From NCBI GenBank assembly GCA_963827685.1, contig CAWHBU010000004.1:224001-288000 (forward strand): a stretch of 64,000 nt of DNA, read 5' to 3'. The translations under genes were made by a program, and so were the position numbers. How positions within the stretch are numbered: the stretch's first letter is position 1; each line of letters begins with the position of its first letter. Below, in pieces: positions 48,643 through 58,185 of this stretch. Origin of the DNA: an uncultured delta proteobacterium (GTDB lineage: Bacteria > Desulfobacterota > BSN033 > UBA1163). The notes under the pieces were generated by a model that worked only from the letters and a program-made list of their open reading frames with translations, searched no databases and had not been told where the DNA came from.

Positions 48643-48869
48643 CCCAGGTAAGTGAGTCGATGGGACATTGCTTCAGAGACAACTTATGAAAAAGTATTAT
48701 TCCAAATTAAATTGACCTTTCGTTTCGCCATTCGACTTACCAGTAGTGATTCTGGTATTCCTAAGATAGCTTCACTTTGAACTAACCTTCAGCTTTTTTA
48801 TTTTTTTGGTCACACTTCCCGCTTAGAAAGAGTCAAAAGGAATAGATAACACAACAATCGAGGAAAAAC

Positions 48870-49709
48870 ATGGAATCAGATATCGAGATGTTAGTCAGCA
48901 TTGCGAAAGAGGGTGATAAAAGGGCCCTCGAAGAGCTGGTTTTGAAGATTCAGGATAAAATCTATGGCCTTGCCTTACGCATGCTTTATAATCCGTCCGA
49001 TGCTGAAGATGCGTCTCAGGAAATCCTACTTAGAATCATTACTCATCTCGGGACTTTCAGGGGAGAAAGCTCCTTTAGCACCTGGATGTACCGGGTGGCG
49101 GCCAATCACCTGCTGACTATACGCAAGCGCCGGGCGGAACTCAGGGCCGTGTCCTTTGAGGAATACGGAAAGAGTTGTGATTTAAAATCAGCTATGGATT
49201 GGCAGGAATCGCAATCCGAAACACTACAGCATCTTTTTGTGGAAGAGATCAGAATCAGTTGCCTGCAAGGTCTGCTGCTTTGTTTGGATAGGGAACACCG
49301 GCTGGCTTATCTCCTGGCGGATGTATTTGATGTCAGCAGTGAACAAGGAGCGGCGATCCTTGATATCACACCTGCTGCCTTTCGCAAGCGCCTTTCGCGG
49401 GCGCGGGAACGGATTCAAGATTTTCTGACAAAGAATTGCGCGTTGATCAATCCGGACAATCCCTGCCACTGTGAACGCCAAGTGGTCTCTCAGCTGGATA
49501 CCGGGAGGTTTGATGATAAACACATGGTTTTTGCCAAACATCCCTGCCGCATCAGGCACGAAGAAAGCGCCTTGATTCGTATCAGGGAAATGGATGAACT
49601 AAACCAAATTGCCGTCCTTTATAAGCGCTACCCCGATTTTCGTGCCCCCGCGGTTTTTATCGAAAACCTCAGGGGCTTGGTGGGTTCAAAAAAATATGAG
49701 TTGTTGTAA
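48870..49709 (+). CDS. ECF sigma factor with Cys-containing C-terminal extension
   Basis: DAEDASQE, FSTWMYRVAAN, RKRLSRAR, then CALINPDNPCHC. Confidence 0.9.
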   Translation: MESDIEMLVSIAKEGDKRALEELVLKIQDKIYGLALRMLYNPSDAEDASQEILLRIITHLGTFRGESSFSTWMYRVAANHLLTIRKRRAELRAVSFEEYGKSCDLKSAMDWQESQSETLQHLFVEEIRISCLQGLLLCLDREHRLAYLLADVFDVSSEQGAAILDITPAAFRKRLSRARERIQDFLTKNCALINPDNPCHCERQVVSQLDTGRFDDKHMVFAKHPCRIRHEESALIRIREMDELNQIAVLYKRYPDFRAPAVFIENLRGLVGSKKYELL

Positions 49710-49735
49710 GGGGAAAAAGTAGGAAGGAGAGAAAC

Positions 49736-50086
49736 ATGGAGAAAATGATCGCTTTTTGTGGAATCAATTGTGCTGAATGTCCCACATTCTTGGCTACACA
49801 GGCGAATGATGATAAAAAACGAATAAAAATCGCAAAGCGATGGTCATTAGAGTATGAGAAACATAAAGATCTTAAACCAGAAGAAATCAATTGCAATGGT
49901 TGTTTAACGAAAAATGGTATTCTTTTCAAGTCCTGTAGAGTTTGCTCTATAAGAGAGTGCGGAATGAAACGGAAGGTTGCCAATTGTGCATATTGTGAGG
50001 AGTATCCATGCCAAAAATTGAATGATTTTTTAATAGAGGTACCCTATGGAAAAGCCAACCTGGATGAAATAAGAAAAACATTATAA
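49736..50086 (+). CDS. DUF3795-like Cys-rich protein
   Basis: AFCGINCAECP, CNGC, CSIREC, NCAYCEEYPC. Confidence 0.85.
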   Translation: MEKMIAFCGINCAECPTFLATQANDDKKRIKIAKRWSLEYEKHKDLKPEEINCNGCLTKNGILFKSCRVCSIRECGMKRKVANCAYCEEYPCQKLNDFLIEVPYGKANLDEIRKTL

Positions 50087-50171
50087 AGGATCAGTACTTA
50101 CTTCTTAAGGAAAGCAAAATGGAAGATGCAGTCAAACGCTTGTTCCTTCAACTAAATGAAAGGAGAATACG

Positions 50172-50588
50172 ATGGACTACAGACATATGACAGCACCGTG
50201 CGGATTGGATTGCTTCAATTGCCCCGTGTATTTGGCCAATGAGAATCAAAAGCTCAGGGCTGTGATAGCCGAAAGATTTGGGATTCCCGAAAAAGAGGCA
50301 GTTTGCCAGGGATGTCGAAACGAGGGCGGCACGATCGCCTTCCTGGGTATGACCGAGCCGTGCAATGTCTACCGCTGTATCGAGAAGAAGGGGCTTCGCT
50401 TTTGCTGTGACTGCGATGATTTCCCTTGTGACCATCTTCATCCGTATGCAGATCAAGCTTCCCAGAAGCCGCATAATACCAAAGTTTTTAATTTATGCTT
50501 AATCAAGAAGATGGGGCTGGAATCATGGGCGCAAACAAAGGCGAAAAGTGTTAGAGACACCTATTTCAACCAGAAGTTTAAGCTGTAG
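50172..50588 (+). CDS. DUF3795-like Cys-rich protein
   Basis: APCGLDCFNCP, CQGCR, FCCDCDDFPC. Confidence 0.85.
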   Translation: MDYRHMTAPCGLDCFNCPVYLANENQKLRAVIAERFGIPEKEAVCQGCRNEGGTIAFLGMTEPCNVYRCIEKKGLRFCCDCDDFPCDHLHPYADQASQKPHNTKVFNLCLIKKMGLESWAQTKAKSVRDTYFNQKFKL

Positions 50589-50608
50589 CCAAAAGTAGTT
50601 GTATGAAG

Positions 50609-50675
50609 GCATAATCAAGCGTTCCCTCTGCTTGTGCCGTAAACAGTGGTACCCACCGGTGAGCTTTGACATCGA
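50609..50675 (+). other. degenerate attC-like site
   Basis: GCATAAT-CAAGCGTTCC..GTGCC/GGTAC..CCGGTGAGCTTTGAC; R' eroded. Confidence 0.4.
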
Positions 50676-50875
50676 AAGTGGTCGGCTTTTTCCCGCCCGG
50701 ACTATCCTTTTCGCTTTGCCTCTTGTGAAATCACTTAGATATCATTAAGATAACAAAAAAAGAATGTGGCTGCTAATAGCATGTTTCATTGGGCGGAGCA
50801 GATTGCGATATAAGTTGAGAATTCATCGGAGTCCAGAGCATTGAATAGGAATGATACGAAAAGGAGGAAATACCC

Positions 50876-51559
50876 ATGAGCATCGTGGATCTTAAAAAGG
50901 AGGGCGATATTTTCATTCTTACCATGCAGAACGGGGAGAACCGGTTTAATCGTGCCTTCATCGATGCCATGAATCAGGCCCTGGATACAGTCGAAAAATC
51001 CAGCGGACCGGCAGCTCTCGTCACCAGCGGCGGGGAGGAAAAATTCTACTCAAACGGCTTGGACCTGGCCTGGCTCACCGGCGATGGTGAGAAGGAGAGA
51101 CCCCAATTTGTCAAGTCTGTCCTGAAATTCCTCGGACGGGTGATGGCCTATCCCATACCCACGGTGGCTGCGATTAACGGGCATGTCTTTGCTGCAGGAG
51201 CGATGCTGGCGCTGGCCCACGATTTCCGAGTGATGCGGGCTGACCGGGGTTTCTTCTGCCTTCCCGAAGTGGATATCAACATCCCGATGGCTCCTGGTAT
51301 GACTGCCCTGATCAAAAGCCGACTCTTACCCAATGTGTTTCGCTACTCCATTCTCACGGGGGCGCGCATCGGCGGCGTCGAGGCAAAGGAACTTGGTATT
51401 GTCGATGAAGCTGTTCCCGCTGAACAGGTGCTACCGCGGGCTATGGCTCGGGTTTCCTCAATGGCCAACAAGGGCCGGGATATCTACGGAAGCCTGAAGC
51501 GGGGCATGTATGCGGAGGCAATCGCTTTGCTGGAGAGCGGCGCAGTGAATTTTCCGTGA
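50876..51559 (+). CDS. enoyl-CoA hydratase/isomerase (delta-isomerase-like)
   Basis: FYSNGLDL, AAINGHVFAAG, FCLPEVDI; AAGGAGG RBS. Confidence 0.9.
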   Translation: MSIVDLKKEGDIFILTMQNGENRFNRAFIDAMNQALDTVEKSSGPAALVTSGGEEKFYSNGLDLAWLTGDGEKERPQFVKSVLKFLGRVMAYPIPTVAAINGHVFAAGAMLALAHDFRVMRADRGFFCLPEVDINIPMAPGMTALIKSRLLPNVFRYSILTGARIGGVEAKELGIVDEAVPAEQVLPRAMARVSSMANKGRDIYGSLKRGMYAEAIALLESGAVNFP

Positions 51560-51593
51560 TTCATGCCAAAAGCATCCCGAAGGAGAATTCAAA

Positions 51594-52289
51594 ATGAAGG
51601 TCCTTGGAATTATTGGGGGTATTGCCCCAGAGTCAACCGTTGATTATTATCGTTTGATCATTGCCTCATACCGCGAACAGAAGCGAGATGGGAGTTATCC
51701 CCCGATCATTATCAACAGCATCGACATGAAGAAGATGCTGGATTTAATAGCGGGTAAGGAGTTAGCAGGAGTAACAGAGTACCTCCTGGGTGAAGTGAAG
51801 AAACTGGCGCAGGCAGGAGCCGATTTGGGTTTGCTGGCTTCAAATACGCCGCACATTGTTTTTGAGGACATTCAACGGCAGTCGCCTCTTCCTTTGATCA
51901 GTATTGTGGACGCGGCTTGCGAGGCCACGAAAGCACTGGGGATCAAAAAAATTGGCCTGTTCGGCACGCGCTTCACGATGCAGGGAGAATTCTACCCCGA
52001 GATATTCTCAAGGCAGGGGATTGCAGTTGTCGTACCTGACTTGGATGATCAGGACTATATTCACGAAAAATACATGAGCGAATTGGTCAATGGCATCTTT
52101 CTGGCCGAAACGCGGGAGCGATTGTTGTCAATCGTGGACCGTTTGAAGGAGAAGCAGGGTATTAAAGGCCTGATTCTGGGGGGAACGGAATTGCCATTGA
52201 TCCTGCGGGATGTAGTCGGCAGGGGGATTCCATTCTTGAATACCACTAAGATTCATGTAGAAAGCGCCATTGCCAAAATGTTTTCGTAG
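51594..52289 (+). CDS. aspartate/glutamate racemase-family protein lacking both catalytic Cys
   Basis: GIIGGIAPESTVDYY, ASNTPH, GTRFTM, GGTELP. Confidence 0.85.
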   Translation: MKVLGIIGGIAPESTVDYYRLIIASYREQKRDGSYPPIIINSIDMKKMLDLIAGKELAGVTEYLLGEVKKLAQAGADLGLLASNTPHIVFEDIQRQSPLPLISIVDAACEATKALGIKKIGLFGTRFTMQGEFYPEIFSRQGIAVVVPDLDDQDYIHEKYMSELVNGIFLAETRERLLSIVDRLKEKQGIKGLILGGTELPLILRDVVGRGIPFLNTTKIHVESAIAKMFS

Positions 52290-52327
52290 GGAGACGCCAA
52301 CCTTTAGATGCTTGGGACTTCGATAAT

Positions 52328-53164
52328 ATGAAATTTTACAAGTACCACGCCCTTGGCAACGATTATGTGGTTCTGGATCCCCGAGACCAGCCACTTGCTC
52401 TTACTTCGGATCAAATCAAAGCCGTCTGTCACCGTCACTATGGCATCGGGTGTGATGGAATTATATTAGGCCCGCTATCATCCACAAAGGCTCCTTTTTT
52501 GCTGCGTATTTTTAATCCGGATGGAAGTGAGGCGGAAAAGAGCGGCAATGGTCTTCGTATCTTCTGTCGCTACCTCTGGGACCGCAAGCTGGTCGGCAGC
52601 CGAACATTCGATATTGAAACAAAGGGTGGCATGGTTCGATGTCTCGTGTTGGACGGTGGGAAACGAGTTCAGGTTGAGATGGGGCGGGTGAGCTTTTGGA
52701 GTAAAGATATTCCCGTTGCTGGAGAGCCCCGTGAGGTGCTGCAGGAGTCGATCACCATTGGCGAGGAGACCTTTCGTTTCAGCGGCGCAACGATAGGCAA
52801 TCCGCATTGCGTCATTCCGGTTCAAGACCTTTCCCCGGAGTTGGCCAAAAAATATGGCCCTCTTTTGGAGGTTCATCCGTTGTTTCCGAATCGCACCAAT
52901 GTACAGTTCCTCAAGGTGCTGGATCGGAACAACATCCGGATCGAGATTTGGGAGCGAGGGGCGGGCTACACGTTGGCTTCGGGCAGCAGTAGCAGTGCGG
53001 CCGCTGCGGTGGCGCGGAAACTGGGTATGTGCGATTCGCAAATTACTGTCCATATGCCAGGCGGGAAGATCAGCATTTCGGTAGATGAAAACTTCGGCAT
53101 CGTCATGGTTGGACCGGTAACACGAATCGCCGAAGGACAATTGGCAGATGAAGTGTTTGAATAA
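52328..53164 (+). CDS. dapF: diaminopimelate epimerase-family protein, Ser/Ser active-site variant
   Basis: KYHALGNDY, FNPDGSEAEKSGNG, GNPH, ERGAGYTLASGS. Confidence 0.85.
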   Translation: MKFYKYHALGNDYVVLDPRDQPLALTSDQIKAVCHRHYGIGCDGIILGPLSSTKAPFLLRIFNPDGSEAEKSGNGLRIFCRYLWDRKLVGSRTFDIETKGGMVRCLVLDGGKRVQVEMGRVSFWSKDIPVAGEPREVLQESITIGEETFRFSGATIGNPHCVIPVQDLSPELAKKYGPLLEVHPLFPNRTNVQFLKVLDRNNIRIEIWERGAGYTLASGSSSSAAAAVARKLGMCDSQITVHMPGGKISISVDENFGIVMVGPVTRIAEGQLADEVFE

Positions 53165-53185
53165 GGAATCTGGACGGAAAAAGCG

Positions 53186-53378
53186 GTACGTCCATAAAAA
53201 TATAAGAATCTATCCTTCCTTGAGTTTGAAATGTCTCTTTTCGATGATCCTCGCCGTTCGACTCCTCGGATGATGAGATGGTGGACTCCACCAGGGTAAT
53301 CGATCCTTGCTTTCCGGGGCATGAAAACACACCATCAAACCCTAACCAACATGTCAACTTATAATTCTATGGATGTCC
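53186..53378 (-). mobile_element. internally deleted Y1/RAYT-like transposase element with terminal inverted repeats
   Basis: Stub MPRKARIDYPGGVHHLIIRGVERR (start 53322); 21-bp imperfect inverted repeat GTACGTCCATAAAAATATAAG / CTTATAATTCTATGGATGTCC. Confidence 0.75.
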
Positions 53379-53401
53379 CCTTCTATTTAAAGCCAAATGG
53401 A

Positions 53402-53689
53402 CTACTTATCCTTTTTCGGAGGACACTCGAAGCCCCAAAATCTTGCTTTCAATTGGCCTTGTTTCAATCCGTAAAAATCACAAACTTTTTGATACCCTGG
53501 ACAAAACTCAGTCGCTTTTTGATCCATTAAAGCTGTGATTGCGTTTTCGTTCGACCATGTCGGAGAGGTATAAACAAAACTCATTAGATAGATGTTTTCT
53601 TTTATCGGGTATACTTCGTGTGACCTAACCGTAGTGCACCCAGCTAACAACGCTAAAGCCAACAAAATTAACCACCACATCCTTTTCAT
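53402..53689 (-). CDS. hypothetical lipoprotein
   Basis: MKR, hydrophobic stretch, LAGC lipobox; AAGGAGG RBS. Confidence 0.75.
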   Translation of the reverse strand: MKRMWWLILLALALLAGCTTVRSHEVYPIKENIYLMSFVYTSPTWSNENAITALMDQKATEFCPGYQKVCDFYGLKQGQLKARFWGFECPPKKDK

Positions 53690-53889
53690 TTCTATTTCCT
53701 CCTTAAAAATGGGGAGATGATGAACTTAGGGTCCACCGTGCTCACAGCGAAACCTGGTAGAATTCTCCTTTTCTATTTTTCGGTGAATTGTTATACATTG
53801 TGAATCACTCCTGCCTCTCTACTCCATTCCTTTCTCCTTTTCCACCACATCACCTCCTTCTTTTAGTTTCCTATCCTTAGCCCTCTTTT

Positions 53890-54105
53890 TCACCCTTTCC
53901 CAAACCGCTTGAGCGTTCTGTAAAAGTCAGGGCGATCTTCCTTCGTCCATTCGATATCATCAAGAAATGCCCTCACAGTCATCTTACTGTCTTTTTCCGA
54001 CTCGCTCATCCAAAACTCTCCTTGAAGAAGCCATGGCACAACGAGAATCGCTACGTCCGGATACTGTGCAGACCTGTAGCTGTACTCGTTAGGCCAAGGG
54101 GTCAA
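53890..54105 (-). CDS. small hypothetical protein
   Basis: 71-aa ORF, TTG start after a G-rich RBS; no family recognised. Confidence 0.35.
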   Translation of the reverse strand: MTPWPNEYSYRSAQYPDVAILVVPWLLQGEFWMSESEKDSKMTVRAFLDDIEWTKEDRPDFYRTLKRFGKG

Positions 54106-54240
54106 TTGATACCCCCCCTTTCAGATTGAGTTTTGTTTAGGACAAATTTAAGGGAGAACGAGCAGACCTCAGACTTTTAAACATGCCTGCTCATTTTCCT
54201 CTTAGCCTCTGAAAGCATTGTTTCGGAGAACAAAAAGATC

Positions 54241-54348
54241 TTAGCGTTTCTTCGCTTTCGCTCTGATGGTCTTCCACCCTTTCTTTGCTGCCGCTACTTT
54301 CTTTGGATCTTTAGCCTTCTTGACCTGCTTCTTTCCGCTCTTTTTCAC
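54241..54348 (-). CDS. 35-aa lysine-rich peptide (not in the ORF track)
   Basis: AAGGAGG RBS, GTG start, MKKSGKKQVKKAKDPKKVAAAKKGWKTIRAKAKKR. Confidence 0.55.
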   Translation of the reverse strand: MKKSGKKQVKKAKDPKKVAAAKKGWKTIRAKAKKR

Positions 54349-55126
54349 CTTGTATCCTCCTTTTACGGTCATTTTACTTTCCCCTAAGATGCTTAAGAGC
54401 AAACATTATGCCAATTACTGTTCCATCACGTGAACTCCAGGGAGGCTTATCGGGCTTGGAATCAGAGTGTTTAAAAACTCGTGCAATGTTAAGAAGTTGT
54501 AAGATTTGGGTTAGTGAATTGATGAAAAAAGTGTTTCTAAGATTTAAAATATGGCCTTATTTCAAGTCTTAGGCATATTGGCATAATTCTATACAGGCAC
54601 GACAGATTGTGCATTTATGAAGCCTTTGCACAAGGCAAAAAAAGCCTACCCCTAAGGTGAGCCTTAAGTGTGTGTCCTCTTTCGGAGAAATCGCCCTCTC
54701 CGGTTAATTAGAAGCCCGCTTTAGCCAAAGAGCTTTTGCATTGAAGGGGTTCCCCATATAGAAGCTCCGAGGACTCCTTACTGAAATTAACAATTCCAAA
54801 AATTCTTAAAAAGGTGTATATTATAATTGCAAACCGTTAACACCATCTTATCTCGTTATTTTAACAAGCAACAATGTCTTCAGGCATATTCACTGGTTCG
54901 AAAGTGTTTTTTGAGGGGCGGGAGAATTATTGAGTTACTATTGCAAGATTTTAGCTTAGAGGATTGGCGATACGATCCATCAGAAAACCCATGGCGGAAT
55001 ATACCTAACGTGTCATGAAATTTATTCATTACTTGGTTATAGCAATCGTCGGCGCATTGATCACTATTTATGGTCGAATCCTTGCGGTTCGCTGGACTGA
55101 ATATTATCGGTTGCGTGCTCTTCTCA

Positions 55127-55236
55127 TTCGGTGTCGTGATGGTTGGGCCGGTAACCCGAATCGCCGAAGGACAATTGGCAGATGAATTGTTTCAATAAAG
55201 CATCTGGACGGAGAAAGGAAAAGCGGGGACGTCCCC
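55127..55236 (+). repeat. second copy of the dapF 3' end, followed by the palindrome GGGGACGTCCCC
   Basis: Aligns with 53093-53193. Confidence 0.9.
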
Positions 55237-55302
55237 TATTCCCTTTTCGAGAATAAGCTCCTTTTTTGTCAAGATAATTTCAGGTACCTTCGCCCCTCTC
55301 TA

Positions 55303-56757
55303 TCAGTTCTTCCGACCTGCCGCTTTGCGTCTTTCATGATAGGACACAAACTTGCTCAGGGAAGAGGCCGCCCGCTGAATCGAATGGAAAACGGCGAATC
55401 CTGCCGCAATCAGCTCCTTTCCTACCTCATAGGCAAACTGCCTCATGGCGGCGGAAGCGAAGCTGTGCAGGATGACGGCCAGAGGCTTCCGGAGCGCCCC
55501 CTTGACCTCGCCGATCAGCTGCACATAGATCCTTAACAGGAGGTCCTTGTCTTCCGTGGAAATGAGGCCGAAATGGTCGAATGCAATCTGCATGACCAGC
55601 AGGTCCGCTTCGTCGCATTGGTCGATCGTTTTCATAATATTCATGAAGATCTCGGGCGATTCGAAATTATTGATATCGACGGGGTTTTTGAAAATGCGTC
55701 CGGCCTCGGAAGGAAAAGTGTCGATCAGCTTTTTACGAAGTCCATCGCTCAGCCGGGGCAGGACGAGTCCGGCATGCGTAAATGCATCCGCCAGGATCAC
55801 GCTTGCGCCGCCGCCTATCCCGATGATAACCGTTTTCCTTCCTCCCGGGACTGGCAGGCGTTGCAGCGCCATGGTGATATCCATCATCTCTTCAATGCTG
55901 TCCGTGCGGACGACCCCCGCCTGGCGCAGTGCACCTTCCCACACCCGGTCTGAACCGGCCATGGCGGTGGTATGTGATTTCGCCGCCTCGGCCCCCGATT
56001 CGGTTGTCCCGACTTTAAAGATGATGACGGGCTTGTCCTTCGCGGTCGATTTCAGGGCCTTCAAGAATCGCGGGCCCTCTTTCACGCCTTCGATATAAGC
56101 GGTAATGATTTTTGTTTCGTCATCCTGCGCCAGGTATTCCAGGTAATCGGACTCGTTCAGATCGGCGCCGTTGCCCATGCTGATCACCTTGCTGAAAAAG
56201 ATGCCCCGGCCCATGCCTTCCCGAACACAGTGCGCAGAGTTCCCCCCGCTTTGAGAGATCATGGCCACCGGACCGCTCGCTCTTTCAAAGTCGCCATTGA
56301 AGGTGAGGCCGCCGGCGGGGCAGTAAAGGCCCAGGCAATTCGGCCCGATCACGCGGATGCCGCCGGCCTTTGCCTTGGCTATGATCTCCGCCTGCAGGCG
56401 TTCGCCTTCGCTATTTTCTATCTCGCCGAAACCCGAGGTGAAAAAATGGATCGCCTTCACGCCTTTTTCAGCCGCATCCGCCACGAGCTGCGGTGTATAG
56501 GGGGCGGGGATGGCGGAGATGACGAAATCGATCTGATCAGGAATTTCTTTCACGCTTTGATAGATTTTCATGCCCATGACCTCGCCGCCGGAAGGGTTCA
56601 TGGGGTATATCTTACCCTTGAATCCGAATTGCATCAGGGCCTCGAGAAATTTCAGGCCGGCATTGAATTGCTTGGTTTTCTCCGACACGCCGGCGATGGC
56701 GATTGTTTTGGGATGAAATAGAAAATCAAGATCTGCACCACGTTTCATAAGAGGCAT
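55303..56757 (-). CDS. CoA-binding protein, acetate/acyl-CoA ligase (ADP-forming) alpha-like
   Basis: LFHPKTIAIAG, IGPNCLG, ISQSGG, SMGNGADL, SHTTAMAG, NPVD. Confidence 0.88.
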   Translation of the reverse strand: MPLMKRGADLDFLFHPKTIAIAGVSEKTKQFNAGLKFLEALMQFGFKGKIYPMNPSGGEVMGMKIYQSVKEIPDQIDFVISAIPAPYTPQLVADAAEKGVKAIHFFTSGFGEIENSEGERLQAEIIAKAKAGGIRVIGPNCLGLYCPAGGLTFNGDFERASGPVAMISQSGGNSAHCVREGMGRGIFFSKVISMGNGADLNESDYLEYLAQDDETKIITAYIEGVKEGPRFLKALKSTAKDKPVIIFKVGTTESGAEAAKSHTTAMAGSDRVWEGALRQAGVVRTDSIEEMMDITMALQRLPVPGGRKTVIIGIGGGASVILADAFTHAGLVLPRLSDGLRKKLIDTFPSEAGRIFKNPVDINNFESPEIFMNIMKTIDQCDEADLLVMQIAFDHFGLISTEDKDLLLRIYVQLIGEVKGALRKPLAVILHSFASAAMRQFAYEVGKELIAAGFAVFHSIQRAASSLSKFVSYHERRKAAGRKN

Positions 56758-56785
56758 CTTTCTTTTACGAAGATATATTCCGGTC

Positions 56786-56863
56786 ATGCCGAGGCAGCAC
56801 CGTCCCAAAGACATAAACCACCTCAGGTCTGTTGTCAATGGAAGATGTTGTTGCGAGCGGTCG
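56786..56863 (-). repeat. ~78-bp promoter-containing segment repeated at 58248-58325
   Basis: Shared CAGCACCGTCC.AAAGACATAAACCACCTCAGGTCTG.TGTCAATGG; minus strand reads TTGACA-17-TATGTC. Confidence 0.8.
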
Positions 56864-57170
56864 AAGCGAAGCATGTATGCGGAGGCAATCGCTTTACTGG
56901 AAAGCGGCGCAGTGAATCTTCCTTGATTCATGCCGAAAGCATCGTAAGACTCTTGCATTTGGGTAGAGGAAGACTTCGGTATCGTCATGGTTGGGCCGGT
57001 AACCCGAATCGCCGAAGGAGAATTGGCAGACGAGATGTTTCAATAAGGAATCTGGACGGATGATGATATGGTGGACTCCACCAGGGTAATCGATCCTTGC
57101 TTTCCGGGGCATGAAAACACGCTATCAAACCCCATCCAACATGGCAACTTATGATTTTATGGACGTCCCC
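56863..57170 (+). pseudogene. collapsed replica: enoyl-CoA hydratase 3' end, dapF 3' end and Y1 transposase stub
   Basis: 56863-56943 matches 51496-51576; 56955-57060 matches 53073-53178; 57057-57170 matches 53267-53380. Confidence 0.85.
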
Positions 57171-57504
57171 CTATTCGTCTATTCGTACTTCCATTTCAAG
57201 GCGACCGCAGGACTTCATGTGAGAGATACGGATGGATGACTGGATAGAAATCCGAATTAAAGCGAAGCGGTAAAGAATTCTATTGTTGGCCATGAATGAG
57301 CACCTTAGATCAAATGACTAAATTCATCCCCTTAGGTCAAATTGCCCTCTTTGACCCAAAGGAACATTTGTTTCTTGACAAGCCTAACTTTTTTATGGAT
57401 GACCCCATTTTTTCCTGACATTCTTGCATCATTTGTGGTATATCATAATATCAAGATAATTCAGACCACCCGCGAGGGTGGGACTAAAAGCCATGGGAGG
57501 AACC

Positions 57505-58185
57505 ATGAATAAAATGTACGCCTTTTTCACCCAACTCCGCCACTCCCCAATCTCCTGCCTCGCCGCCGTCATCCTGGTCATGTTAGCCTGGAGCAGCCTT
57601 GCGCTCTGCGGCGAGATTCATGATGCGGCCAAGAAAGGTGATTTGGAAAAGGTCAAGGCGCTGCTCAAGGCCAATCCTGATTTGGTTTCCAGCAAAGATA
57701 ACTGGGGCGAGACGCCTTTGTTCCAGGCGGCGAATGGGGGTAAAAAAGATGTGGCAGAATTGCTGTTGGCAAACAAGGCCGATGCCAATGCCAAGTCCAA
57801 ATATGGCTGGACACCTTTGCACTTTGCAGCGTCTAATGGACACAGGGACGTAGCGGCATTGTTGCTGGCGAACAAGGCCGACGTTAATGCCAAGGATACA
57901 ACCGGCTGTACACCTTTACACTATGCATCGGCTATGGGCAAAAAGGACGTAGCGGCATTGCTGCTGGCCAATAGGGCAGAGGTCAGTGCCAAGAACAAAT
58001 ATGGCCAGACGCCTTTGCACTTTGTGGCGACTTCAGGCGAAAAGGACGTGGCGGCATTGCTGCTGGCAAATAAGGCAGAGATCAATGCCAAGGACAAGGA
58101 CGGCAATACGCCTTTATACCAGGCGGCGAAGCGGGGTAAAAAGGACGTGGCGGAATTACTTCGCCAGCACGGCGGCCACGAATAG
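57505..58185 (+). CDS. secreted ankyrin-repeat protein
   Basis: Signal-like N-terminus; five G.TPLH..A..G.KDVA.LLLANKA repeats; GGAGG RBS. Confidence 0.92.
   Translation: MNKMYAFFTQLRHSPISCLAAVILVMLAWSSLALCGEIHDAAKKGDLEKVKALLKANPDLVSSKDNWGETPLFQAANGGKKDVAELLLANKADANAKSKYGWTPLHFAASNGHRDVAALLLANKADVNAKDTTGCTPLHYASAMGKKDVAALLLANRAEVSAKNKYGQTPLHFVATSGEKDVAALLLANKAEINAKDKDGNTPLYQAAKRGKKDVAELLRQHGGHE

Noticed and set aside
56758-56988. N-terminal extension of the 561-aa ORF
   Set aside because: It runs through a promoter and antisense copies of other gene tails; the family start is near 56757
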